Source: Octopus bimaculoides
Taxonomy: Eukaryota
Direction: 5' to 3'
Length of the DNA stretch: 46,892 nt
NCBI RefSeq assembly: GCF_001194135.2
Contig: NC_068983.1
Span: forward strand, 7,812,062 to 7,858,953
Below the pieces are notes generated by a model that did not search any database, was not told the DNA's origin, and saw nothing but the letters and a program-made list of their open reading frames with translations. This document shows positions 24,622 to 37,342 of the stretch, piece after piece. Position 1 is the stretch's first letter. Every line of letters starts with the position of its first letter. The translations under genes were made by a program, and so were the position numbers.

Positions 24622-24833
24622 GTCTCGTCTTGAAGCACATCTGCTTATCCAGTATTACAATCAGGTAAGTAGTTGCTGTTATTATCTAATTCTCTGAAGA
24701 ATTACTAATAGGGAATTTCTCACATGTTTATCCATGTAAAATTTTATGATTCCTATTATAAATGAAATATGTGTAATGAGGAATAAATAAAATCAAAAAC
24801 TTTTCCAGATTCCGGTTTTAACACACGCACGCA

Positions 24834-24918
<85 letters not shown>

Positions 24919-24951
24919 ACGCACGCACGCACACATGTATCTTTCATCTTT

Positions 24952-25357
24952 TATCTTTTACTTGTTTCAGTCATTAAACAGCGGCCATGCTGGGGCACCA
25001 CCTTGAATTTTTAGTCAAATGAATCGACCCTAGTACTTAAATTTTTGCCAAGCCTGGTACTTATTCTATCAGACCCTTTTGCCGAACCGCTAAGTTACGA
25101 TGATGTAAACACACTAACACCAGTTGTCAAGCGCTGTGGGGATAAAAACAGACTAGATAATATATACACACTCATATGCACTTATAATGTATACGGCGGA
25201 ATTCTTTCAGTTTACGTCTACCAAATCCACTCACAAGGGTTTTTGGTTGGCCCGAGGCCAAAACACAAGACACTTATCCAGGGTGCTACGCAGTGGGACT
25301 GAACCCGGAACCATGTGGTTAGGAAGCAAACTTCTTACCAGAGCCACGCCTGCACCT
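24952..25357 (-). mobile_element. SINE family B, full length
   Basis: Head, CORE-like segment and tail match other B copies. Confidence 0.9.
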
Positions 25358-28009
25358 ATATCTATCTATCTATCTATCTATCTATCAATCTATCTATATA
25401 TATATCCACGCTGCAATTATATATANNNNNNNNNNNNNNNNNNNNNNNNNNNNNNNNNNNNNNNNNNNNNNNNNNNNNNNNNNNNNNNNNNNNNNNNNNN
25501 NNNNNNNNNNNNNNNNNNNNNNNNNNNNNNNNNNNNNNNNNNNNNNNNNNNNNNNNNNNNNNNNNNNNNNNNNNNNNNNNNNNNNNNNNNNNNNNNNNNN
25601 NNNNNNNNNNNNNNNNNNNNNNNNNNNNNNNNNNNNNNNNNNNNNNNNNNNNNNNNNNNNNNNNNNNNNNNNNNNNNNNNNNNNNNNNNNNNNNNNNNNN
25701 NNNNNNNNNNNNNNNNNNNNNNNNNNNNNNNNNNNNNNNNNNNNNNNNNNNNNNNNNNNNNNNNNNNNNNNNNNNNNNNNNNNNNNNNNNNNNNNNNNNN
25801 NNNNNNNNNNNNNNNNNNNNNNNNNNNNNNNNNNNNNNNNNNNNNNNNNNNNNNNNNNNNNNNNNNNNNNNNNNNNNNNNNNNNNNNNNNNNNNNNNNNN
25901 NNNNNNNNNNNNNNNNNNNNNNNNNNNNNNNNNNNNNNNNNNNNNNNNNNNNNNNNNNNNNNNNNNNNNNNNNNNNNNNNNNNNNNNNNNNNNNNNNNNN
26001 NNNNNNNNNNNNNNNNNNNNNNNNNNNNNNNNNNNNNNNNNNNNNNNNNNNNNNNNNNNNNNNNNNNNNNNNNNNNNNNNNNNNNNNNNNNNNNNNNNNN
26101 NNNNNNNNNNNNNNNNNNNNNNNNNNNNNNNNNNNNNNNNNNNNNNNNNNNNNNNNNNNNNNNNNNNNNNNNNNNNNNNNNNNNNNNNNNNNNNNNNNNN
26201 NNNNNNNNNNNNNNNNNNNNNNNNNNNNNNNNNNNNNNNNNNNNNNNNNNNNNNNNNNNNNNNNNNNNNNNNNNNNNNNNNNNNNNNNNNNNNNNNNNNN
26301 NNNNNNNNNNNNNNNNNNNNNNNNNNNNNNNNNNNNNNNNNNNNNNNNNNTGTGTGGTTATGCATGCGTGTGTATTCCTGTATGTGTATGTGTGTGTGTG
26401 TGTGCACGCGTGCGTATGCATGTATGTGTGTGTGTGTGTGTGTGTGCGTATGTTATGTAAACGTGGTCGAATGCACCAGCCTGTATATGTGTGCAAATGT
26501 GTGTGGTTATGCATGCGTGTGTATTCCTGTATGTGTGTGTGTGTGTGCACGAGTGCGTGTGCATGTATATGTGTGTGTGTGTGTGTGTGCGTGTGTGTGT
26601 GTGCGTGTGTGTGTGTGTGTACGTGTGTGTACGTGTGTGTATTTGGCAATGAGAATCATTGCAATACTGATTTGAAGAATTCTTCGGAAATATAAATCGA
26701 TAGTCAGGAAAAATCTGGCGAACTGTTCCAGGTGATTCTTTCACTGATCTACCAATTTTCCCTTCCAATCAATTTCTCCTATCCTCTCTCTTTTCAAACA
26801 CACACGCACACAACACAACGTACACGTACGCATCACGTATACACGTACGTGGGCAAACACATACACGTATTTACCCATTATCCATCCATCCATCCATCCA
26901 ACCATCCATCTAGGTATCAGTCTTTCTCTCCCTCTTTCCATCTCTCTCTTCCCTCTCTCTTTATATATATATATATATATGTACATACGCACATACACAT
27001 ATATGCCTGTATATACGTGCAAACGCCCCTTTAAATGCGCATTATATATATATATATNNNNNNNNNNNNNNNNNNNNNNNNNNNNNNNNNNNNNNNNNNN
27101 NNNNNNNNNNNNNNNNNNNNNNNNNNNNNNNNNNNNNNNNNNNNNNNNNNNNNNNNNNNNNNNNNNNNNNNNNNNNNNNNNNNNNNNNNNNNNNNNNNNN
27201 NNNNNNNNNNNNNNNNNNNNNNNNNNNNNNNNNNNNNNNNNNNNNNNNNNNNNNNNNNNNNNNNNNNNNNNNNNNNNNNNNNNNNNNNNNNNNNNNNNNN
27301 NNNNNNNNNNNNNNNNNNNNNNNNNNNNNNNNNNNNNNNNNNNNNNNNNNNNNNNNNNNNNNNNNNNNNNNNNNNNNNNNNNNNNNNNNNNNNNNNNNNN
27401 NNNNNNNNNNNNNNNNNNNNNNNNNNNNNNNNNNNNNNNNNNNNNNNNNNNNNNNNNNNNNNNNNNNNNNNNNNNNNNNNNNNNNNNNNNNNNNNNNNNN
27501 NNNNNNNNNNNNNNNNNNNNNNNNNNNNNNNNNNNNNNNNNNNNNNNNNNNNNNNNNNNNNNNNNNNNNNNNNNNNNNNNNNNNNNNNNNNNNNNNNNNN
27601 NNNNNNNNNNNNNNNNNNNNNNNNNNNNNNNNNNNNNNNNNNNNNNNNNNNNNNNNNNNNNNNNNNNNNNNNNNNNNNNNNNNNNNNNNNNNNNNNNNNN
27701 NNNNNNNNNNNNNNNNNNNNNNNNNNNNNNNNNNNNNNNNNNNNNNNNNNNNNNNNNNNNNNNNNNNNNNNNNNNNNNNNNNNNNNNNNNNNNNNNNNNN
27801 NNNNNNNNNNNNNNNNNNNNNNNNNNNNNNNNNNNNNNNNNNNNNNNNNNNNNNNNNNNNNNNNNNNNNNNNNNNNNNNNNNNNNNNNNNNNNNNNNNNN
27901 NNNNNNNNNNNNNNNNNNNNNNNNNNNNNNNNNNNNNNNNNNNNNNNNNNNNNNNNNNNNNNNNNNNNNNNNNNNNNNNNNNNNNNNNNNNNNNNNNNNN
28001 NNNNNNNNN

Positions 28010-28051
<42 letters not shown>

Positions 28052-28814
28052 CGTCTGTGTGTGTGCAATGCATATATATGCATGAAATGCATATATGTAA
28101 ACATGTATGTATGCGTATGTATACTCATAAGCCGCATACACACACGTGCACACGCACGTTCACGCACACACACACATATACACGCACACACACACATATA
28201 CACGCACACACACATATTATAAATAGGATATGCATCTATCTATATATATATATTATATAAATATAATATATATATATATAATATATATATATTGTATATA
28301 TATAATATATATATATTATATATATTATATATGCATCTNNNNNNNNNNNNNNNNNNNNNNNNNNNNNNNNNNNNNNNNNNNNNNNNNNNNNNNNNNNNNN
28401 NNNNNNNNNNNNNNNNNNNNNNNNNNNNNNNNNNNNNNNNNNNNNNNNNNNNNNNNNNNNNNNNNNNNNNNNNNNNNNNNNNNNNNNNNNNNNNNNNNNN
28501 NNNNNNNNNNNNNNNNNNNNNNNNNNNNNNNNNNNNNNNNNNNNNNNNNNNNNNNNNNNNNNNNNNNNNNNNNNNNNNNNNNNNNNNNNNNNNNNNNNNN
28601 NNNNNNNNNNNNNNNNNNNNNNNNNNNNNNNNNNNNNNNNNNNNNNNNNNNNNNNNNNNNNNNNNNNNNNNNNNNNNNNNNNNNNNNNNNNNNNNNNNNN
28701 NNNNNNNNATATGTATGTATGTATGCATGTGTACTTTCAGCTATCCATACATATACTTGTGTGCATATGATATGCTTAGAAAATACACACCCTCTGTCTC
28801 TGTCTCTCTGTCTG

Positions 28815-28855
<41 letters not shown>

Positions 28856-29127
28856 TTCATATACACATAAACATACATAATGATGGATGCGCAGGTAGAT
28901 AGATAGTAATAGTTATAGAGGAATCAACTGATAACTGGTTAGAGAAATTTATAGCGATTTGTGAATATGCATAGGAAAGGAAAGAAGGAAAGATACGCGG
29001 GTAGAAGGAATGGAAACGTACTGACGGAGACGACGGGTGTGGGGGAGAGATATAATGAAGAAGATATAGGATGCGGATGTACGGGTGTGAAAACGAGGAA
29101 GTGAGATTTGGCACTAGAGAGCTTGAC

Positions 29128-29155
29128 AGAGAGAGAGAGTGAGAGAGAGAGAGAG

Positions 29156-29233
<78 letters not shown>

Positions 29234-29770
29234 CAGAAATGACTGAGAAATATAGAAATATAATTTTAGAGATTAAAAGTGAAAGTGAAAGAAGAGAGAA
29301 AAAGAGGGGAGGGAGAGAGAAAGAGCGTTGGGAATATAACTGATATCAAAAGAGAAAGGAAAAGAGAGTGAGACAGAGAGAAAGCGAGGGAGAAAGTGAC
29401 AATGAGAGATGAAGAAAAGTAAGAGAAAGAAAGAGAAAGAGCGAGAGAGGAAGAGAGAAAAAGAGGAGAGAGAAAGAAGGAGAGGGAGAGAAAAAGTGAT
29501 AGAGAAATATTGAAATAAAATTTTAGAGAGAGGTAAAAGATAGAAAGTAAGAGAAAGAGAGGGTGTGAGAGAGAGAGAGAGAGATAAAGAGAGAGTGAAA
29601 GAAAGAGCGTTGGTAATGTATAATAGAGCAAGAAATAGAGAGGGAGATAGAGAGAGAAGGAAGAGAGAAAAAGAGGAGAGAGAAAGAGACAATGTGAGAG
29701 AGACACAAAGAGAGTGAGAGGGAGAGAGAGAGGTGGTAGGGAAATACTGAAATATAATTTTAGGGGGAGA
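29128..29770. repeat. (GA)n run (29128-29228) followed by a degenerate purine-rich ~240-bp tandem repeat
   Basis: Anchor words recur at 29247, 29504 and 29741. Confidence 0.75.
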
Positions 29771-30155
29771 CAGGAGGCGGTGTGTAACACATAACGAGAG
29801 AAAGACTTGATGGATTGGAAGCAAAATAAAGCTGCCGAGATGTTAAGATGCAAAGAGCGAAGAAAAGAAAACTTGTGAGAGATTACATAACAGATAATTA
29901 CGCATCAAACTGCTAAATTAAAATTATATTCTTAGAAGACGTTGACAGCAGACGTTTAGCTAATTTGAGAAGAGAATGAAGGTGAAAATAAGACAATGAT
30001 GTTGGAAATAGCGAAATAGCGAGGATCGTCAGCGTAGCAAGAACGTCAGCTCGACCTAAAAGACAGCGATAACCCGTTATTTTGTCCTTATCGCTGTAGC
30101 TTTAAATAGACAGATTTTAGTATTGAAAATAGTAATTTTGGACGGAAAAAAAGTG

Positions 30156-30201
<46 letters not shown>

Positions 30202-30753
30202 TTGCTATTTTCCAGTAAATATCGGTGCCTTGTTGTACCACTCTCCTGAATTTATATATATATAATGCGATACAAGATTAAGTCAATTATTATTTCTGTG
30301 AGAAGTTGAAGTAGTACTCCATTCGTAAATTATTGATTTTGATTTTCAGAGAAGGAAGCAGTCAATTATATCGATCACGGTATTTGATTGGTACTTATTG
30401 TAACCCCCCGAGGAAGCCCAGACATTATCATTCATTTTGGAAGAAATAACAGCAATATTACTATCAAATAAAACCGTGGTTTCGTACAAAATAGAAATGC
30501 ATTTGCCAATGTAGCCTCGGATATTAAAAACAAAAAAAGAAAAAACGGGATTGTCATAGATGGAACGTCTTTGATTATGTGAATGCTTGGTCAAGAGTAA
30601 CACATAGCTAAATTACATTTAATTCATATTTTATTCACCCGTAAAGATGAAGAGCAAAATTTATGTTGGTGAGATTTGAACGCGAGATTAGAAGAAACAT
30701 GTTATACGTCCCCTTCAGATTCTGCTAAACAACCACCCTGTTCTAACTGTAAA

Positions 30754-30927
30754 TTGATTTCAAATTTTGGCACAAGGACAGTAATTTCGGGGAGTAGGTA
30801 TTTTATCGATTCCGAAATGATGAGAGACACAGTCGACCGGGGCGGAATTTGAACTCAGAACGGGCAGACGGCTGAAATACCGCAAAGCATTTTGTCAGCG
30901 TGCTAACGATTACGTCAGTTCGCCGCT
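30754..30927 (-). mobile_element. SINE family A (A3), internally deleted
   Basis: caaattttggcacaagg tail, ggcggaatttgaactcagaacg B-box region, cgccgct head. Confidence 0.8.
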
Positions 30928-31145
30928 TTCCTATTCTATATTAGCGAAAAAGATATCTGGATGGATCGGTAGAATCAGTAAAGAGGCAGAAAAAAAAAGT
31001 CTGACGTATTTAGTCACATCCATTGACATTCTAAGTTCGAACTACGGAAGAGTATATTGGCTTTTCCTCGTTGAAGGATTAATAAAATAAAAGTTCATCT
31101 CCGACACTGTAACATAAAGATATGATAGTTCGAGATTCTCAGCTT

Positions 31146-31606
31146 ATCTTTTACTTGTATTACACATTTGACTGCGGCCATGCTGGAGCACTGCCTTGAA
31201 GGGATTTAGCAGAACAAATGACCCAGGGACTTACTTTATATTTTATTAAAGCCCAGTACTTATTCTATTGTTTTCTTTTACCGAACTGCTAAGTTACAGA
31301 GACATAAACAAACCAACACCGGCTATCAAGTGGTGATGGGGGACAAACGCAGACATAAACACACACACAGATATATAAATATATATCTCGTCGTTTAGAT
31401 AAGTCGTAACATTGTAGAGATAATGGAAATTGATTTTGGGAAAATATAAACAAAATTTATAAGTATGCTGTGTCTCACTTTTAGTGAGACACAGCATAAC
31501 GAATTCACTCACAAGGCTTTGGTCGGTCCGAGGCTATAGTAAAGGTGCCATGCAGTGGGACTGAACCGGGAACCATTCGGTTGGGAAGCAATCTTCTTGC
31601 CACAAA
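31146..31606 (-). mobile_element. SINE family B carrying a ~115-bp foreign insert (~31387-31500) that ends in a perfect hairpin
   Basis: Both flanks match the B consensus. The insert replaces the acgggcttctttcagtttccgtctac segment. Confidence 0.85.
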
Positions 31607-31749
31607 GAGAAAATGTGTATTATCAGTGAGGAGGATATACGTTGTCCAATTCATGAGAGTCGGGAAGATATAACAGGCGTGTAAGTTTGATTCACAAATC
31701 TAGAATATACTAATTTTATTAACCGAAAATGTTGGAGAGATAGCAATGC

Positions 31750-33360
31750 CAAATGTACAAGGAAGAAGCCGTAGAGTTAGACATTATCAAGTCTGATGAT
31801 GCATTTGATTGAGGCATGAATGAATCCCGTAAATTTGAAATCCGTTCTGTACTTCAAATTGCAACGTTTCATTCTAATATCAATGTTCTTTAAAATCTCA
31901 AACGTTATTTATAGTAGGAGGGCTTCGATTGCAGCCCTTGGCGATGCCCATGAAAAAATTATGGAGGCATGTTATCACAGGTTTGCAAATATCCTGACCT
32001 TAAATGAAACCTCTCTTCTACAATTGTTTTCTTAGCTATCTTATATTAGATGATAAATATTTTTTGAACATATTACCAACAATAATTTAAAGAGAAATGA
32101 AGCAAATAGTTAAAAAGAATAATTTAAATAAAAGCAACTGCATTTTTATATCTTTGTGGGTGCCATGCAGAACAACAGTAGATGTTTAAATCTTTTCTTT
32201 GTTGGTTGTCCTGGCGGCTTATTGAGCATCTGAAAGTGTGTTTAGATCATGGTACATCTAGGTTTTAACTGCATTGTTGAAACAAAAGTGGTTCTACAGC
32301 TCATTCAACTTTCTATATTCTGATTTCTATTGACAGGAATTCTGTTTGTTGTACTGACGCTAAGACCAAACTGACAGAAAAAAAAAGAAAAAAATCACTC
32401 GAGACTGCTTTTATCTGTTCAGATGAAGCACCACAAATGTCGAGGTCTGTATATGAAGTTGTTGATCACACATCTCGTGATCTTCTTTTAAAATGATTTA
32501 TTGTTTAGTGACAATATCATGATGTTTCTATGCGATTTTCAACAAAGATTTCTGTTTTAAAAGGAAATTGTGAGAGTTGCTATTGTGAATACAGTTAGGA
32601 CCAATTCGCCATTTTGCAAGACCGAGAAGAAAGAAATTTGCCATAAATATGCGACTACAAAATCAGGAGGGCTGATTTTCTGCTTCTTGTTTATGGAATA
32701 AAAGGGACAATTGAATTCCCATGCCAATACTAAGCATTCATATGGAACTAAGTTTGTATTGAATGAACGTAAAATGATAAACCAAGCTTTTGACTGCTCA
32801 TTGGAATTTGTAAACTTTATAGAACAAGTAAAAGCATCCTTTACTAATGTGGTTGATTCTACAAATGTGGAAATTATTAGCATAGCTGATGGGTGCAAAC
32901 ATGCACTTCAGTAAAATCAGGCGATGAAAAACAGTCTGTAAAAAATATACAATAGAATTTCTATGCGACTATAACAAAGGTGAAGTGACCTCCTAGTTTG
33001 ACCTTGTGAAAGACATCTGCTTTAATGTTATTACGAAATTTAAACAAGAATAAAGGGATTTGTAATGGAATATAGATTCCAATGACCCATTTATATGAAC
33101 GCCTGATTCAAGACAACATCATTAAAGAAAGTGAACATTATGGAAAATATGTTGTTGCGCCAAGTATTAAGCTGAAAACTTCTAACACTATTTGCCATTC
33201 ATTTTGACGCGATTACAAATTCCTATTCCTTTCACAATGACAGTCAATAAATCTTAATATCAATCATTGAGTACAATAGGTCAGTTCTGACCAATTGATC
33301 TATTTGTGTATAGACCATTGTATTCAGCTCTATCAAGAACTAAACTGTCTGCTGCAGGTC
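31750..33360 (+). pseudogene. Decayed Helitron RepHel fragment (PIF1-family SF1 helicase region)
   Basis: Motifs in the correct order across stops and frameshifts: YKEEAVELDIIKSDDAFD (31756), FFVGCPGG (Walker A remnant, ~32195), SGSTAHSTF (32287), ICSDEAPQMSRSVYEVVDHTSRDL (~32413), CDFQQ (32531), YTIEFL, LMLLRNLNKNKGICNG, RLQIPIPFTMTVNKS*YQSL (33210), LYSALSR. These match the Helitron consensus GGRTAHS, WDE.PM, GDFRQ, MLLRNL..LCNG, FAMTINKSQGQSL, LYVA.SR. Confidence 0.88.
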
Positions 33361-33496
33361 TACCGACAACGTCGAAAAAAGTTACCATCATTGTTACTCT
33401 TATGACAGCATTTGCAATTTACTTCTTTACTTGTGTATCGTTCGGACACTTAATTCAGTTATATTCATGTGTGAATCTCTCTCTCACGCTCTCTCT

Positions 33497-33561
33497 CTAT
33501 GCCTTCTCTCTCTCTACGCCTTCTCTTTCTCTACGCCTTCTCTCTCTCTACGCCTTCTTCT

Positions 33562-33604
<43 letters not shown>

Positions 33605-33606
33605 AG

Positions 33607-33690
<84 letters not shown>
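33497..33690. repeat. 17-bp minisatellite (ctacgccttctctctct x3.6, 33497-33557) followed by (CT)n and (TA)n
   Basis: Units start at 33497, 33514, 33531 and 33548. Confidence 0.9.
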
Positions 33691-33773
33691 ACATAGATAC
33701 ACACACACAGACACATACACACACACTCACACGCATATAAGCGCGCCTACACACATGGATATATATGTATATG

Positions 33774-33820
<47 letters not shown>

Positions 33821-33864
33821 GTCTATCTACCTATCTTTCTATCTATCTATATCTATCTATATGT

Positions 33865-33914
<50 letters not shown>

Positions 33915-34912
33915 GTATATATATATACGTACACACACACACACACACATAGACACATGTGTGTATGCGTGTGTCTGTGTATGTACATGATTCTTTGTTC
34001 TTATTTATTTTCTTTGTATCCTACTTTGTTTTTATAATCGTCGTCATTTATCATTATCAATAAGAGCAACTGCTGAATCGCAGCAGTTTCAACTATAAGT
34101 GAGAGGAAACTGTCGTACAATCGGAAGGCACGACTGTTCGCTTCTTACGCGAAGGAAAAATAAAAAAATAAAAGGGCAAATTAAAAATGTTGGTTGCTCC
34201 AGATCTAATTAGATCGAGCAAAGCTATGACCAAATACATCCCCCCGTGATCAGACTGTGTTTTCTGAGATGGAAGGTATGATTTGAAAGAAATTTAGGTT
34301 ATTATTTCGACAATTTAGAAATAACAGCTGAATCTCCCTCAAATTTTATATTACTACTAGAGATATTGGATATATATTGTATCATTGATTCAATATGTTT
34401 GACATTAATACATCTAGGTCTATCTCATGTGTGTTTCCATCTTAATGATAATGAGGTGTGATTTCTCAGAAAATTTAGCACTTGTTTCTAGCAAATTAAA
34501 CAACTGCTCTGTAGGCTCGTCAGATACAAGTTGTATGAAATGGGTTGAGTCAATCAACTTATAAAGTTTCACAACAAAATATATTGTTTCGGGGAAAATT
34601 ATGAAAAGTTGTTTATTATAATATGTAGAAGAATATGCTAAGGTAAAAATATATAACTAGAGCTACTAAATATTTTGTCATGATTTCAGTGTGTGTAGGA
34701 CGTTTATCAATTGTATTATTTGCTTCTATTTCCCATATATGTTATTAGTTATATATATTTTCTAATCAGCCGTACGGCAACTTACAAAACAAGTGAGTGT
34801 TTACTCGTTGTTTTCCTGTACATCTAATGCTACAGATGAATAGGAGAAAAAGGACAGGCGAGGGAACAGCAAACAGGTAGTTTAGTTTGACACAAACGAA
34901 AAATGGAAAAGT

Positions 34913-34948
34913 CTTTGACGTTTCGAGCCTATGCTCTTCGACAGAAAG
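34913..34948 (-). ncRNA. Hammerhead-like motif with a variant core (CUGUCGA)
   Basis: Minus strand: cuuu CUGUCGA A gagc auag gcuc GAAAC GUC aaag. The stems are perfect, but the conserved A6 is replaced by U. Confidence 0.45.
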
Positions 34949-35003
34949 GGTGAGAGGAGAAAAAGGGGAGAGAAAAATGTGTCGGGATAAACGGTTTAGC
35001 ATG

Positions 35004-35035
<32 letters not shown>

Positions 35036-35764
35036 TTCAAGGTTTTTAACTTTTAAATTCGTATTTTTAAAAGAAATAGGAACTTCAAACTCGATATATC
35101 CAAGATCGATTTATTTACCACTCTATGTCAACATTTATATATATATATATATATAAGAATCACTCAAGAACCTCTACATGTCTTCTGAGACCCGTAGGAA
35201 TATGTTATCTTCAGATGTGAAGTACCGCCATACCGAAACCGTTACTGCATGGGTAATTGAAAAGTAAATTTCTTAAGTGTTTGGTCATGCCTTGTGATGA
35301 TATAAGAAAATATTATTAGTTTCTAAACATCATGTCACCATTTCACACTTGTTATCATTTCCCACCATTATTTAAATTACATGTCAATATATTTTCTAGT
35401 CTGTACATCAATGTGACTTTGTCACAGTCTGCCATCTTGCTTGATTTGCATGCACGCGTTATTAATGACCTCCCTTGTTCAAATCAAGGTTGGTTGAATA
35501 TTTTTAATTAAACTGTACGCCCATTTGAACATGGGAATACAGTATATAGGAAATCTATAATCCATATACATTAATTGCTATTTAATCAGTCTTAAACTAT
35601 AATGGCTCTGCTAGCTTTTCAGACGATATCTGTGATTAAATGAATTTGGTTTTGTCTAGCGATTGTAAGTGGCTGCCTTAACCTTCTGTGGTTTGTATTC
35701 CGGCTAAGTAATTTTAGAATTTTAATAATCTTATCTGTCAAACTACAGAAACAGAAAATAATAT

Positions 35765-36041
35765 GTGGAGGTATGACTATGTAATCAAGGTGTTCGCTTC
35801 ACCAGTCATATGGTTCTGGGTTCGATTTCACTGCACGGGACCTCAGGCAGTGTCTTCTGATACATCCTTGGTTCCATCCAAACTTTTTGAATAAAGCCGA
35901 AGGAATGGAAACTCTATGGAAGTATATTAGATGAAAGGCAAAGTCGACCTCGGCGAAATTTGAACTTAGAACATAAGTAGCCGGGAGAAATGCTGCTATC
36001 TATTGTGTCTGACATGCTAATGATTCTATTAACTCACCGCT
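35765..36041. mobile_element. Degenerate SINE B head (35765-35890, +) and SINE A fragment (35930-36041, -)
   Basis: ggttctgggttcgatttcactgc..ctcaggcagtgtcttct; gatgaaaggcaaagtcgacctcggcgaaatttgaac. Confidence 0.7.
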
Positions 36042-36564
36042 TTGTATTAGATAATAATAAACGCGGGCAGAGCTGGGTACTGCTACTGGGGCTCAATATT
36101 TAATAATTTATTAATGATTCTAGCGTATGATTTGGGTGAGACCTGTCTCCTTGCAAACTGAACAACTGTTGTTTCTTTTCTGTGTTTTCTTTTATTTGAT
36201 GCTATATCTGTATATTTAAGGAACAATTCTGCAGCCCTTTCAAATAATATTGCCCACGAATGAGATGTAAAGGACAGGGTGATAAATTAAACAGGAATTC
36301 AGTCACGAGATTGGTCTTGCTTATTAAAATAGAAAGCAAAGTTTGGCCTGGATTTTTCAGGGTATCGATTCAATAAGAATCGATCCATGAAGGATGTGTT
36401 GAAAATTCTTAGAAGTATGATTTTTGAAAAGTGTTTCTTTGGAAAGAATATGGAGAGTAGGTTTTGTCCTCAGCTTTTGATGTACTTTCTAGCGATTTGT
36501 TTCGCTAATTGTATCGTATCTTCGTGCATAAAGTGATCGAGCCGTCTGTTGAGGAGGCATAAGA

Positions 36565-36615
<51 letters not shown>

Positions 36616-37147
36616 GCAAACATACACACTCAAACGCAAACCCACTCACACACTCAAACACGTACGTATACATGCATATATACATTATTTATCTTGTTCC
36701 TGGTATTTAGAACTCGCATATAATTTTTACCATCTTCGTAAAAAAGAAAATGATCTGCTGTAATTAGTGTAATACTTTCTTCTATCCTGTTAAGTTTTGT
36801 CACATGATGTATTAATATAAATGCACTTGGTAACATAACAGATAATTTTTCTTAGTGTTTTGATGTAATATTAAATCGAATCTTGATTGGTTCCGTGTGC
36901 AACTCTGCTATTCAGTGCATCACGATATCGCGATGATATTGTCTCTTTGTATAAGATCGTACAGCATAATTACACCACCTGCTATACGTATTTCAGATTT
37001 ACTTTCTACTTACATTTTCCCTCCCCTACTTTTTCCTAAAAGTATAGCTAACTCTATGAATCATTCTAATTTATGATATCATTATTTTACAACTACCATT
37101 ATTATCTTTTACTAACAATGTCTTCAGCATTCTTCTACCTATAGGAA

Positions 37148-37205
<58 letters not shown>

Positions 37206-37342
37206 CATATATATATACATACATATATAAACACGTACACGTATATATGTATGTGTATGTGTATATGTGCGCATGCATGTTTGTATTTATACATGCATTT
37301 ATCTGTCCATCAATGTATATGCATGCATGTACATTCTTTCAT

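Noticed and set aside
32711-32914. Stand-alone CDS MNSHANTKHSYG... (and 31820-32035)
   Set aside because: These are open stretches within the decayed Helitron helicase region, not independent genes.
36364-36384. 8-bp hairpin atcgattc/gaatcgat, and a similar one at ~8977-8991
   Set aside because: Short, and probably worn copies of the SINE gtcga..tcgac stem-loop.
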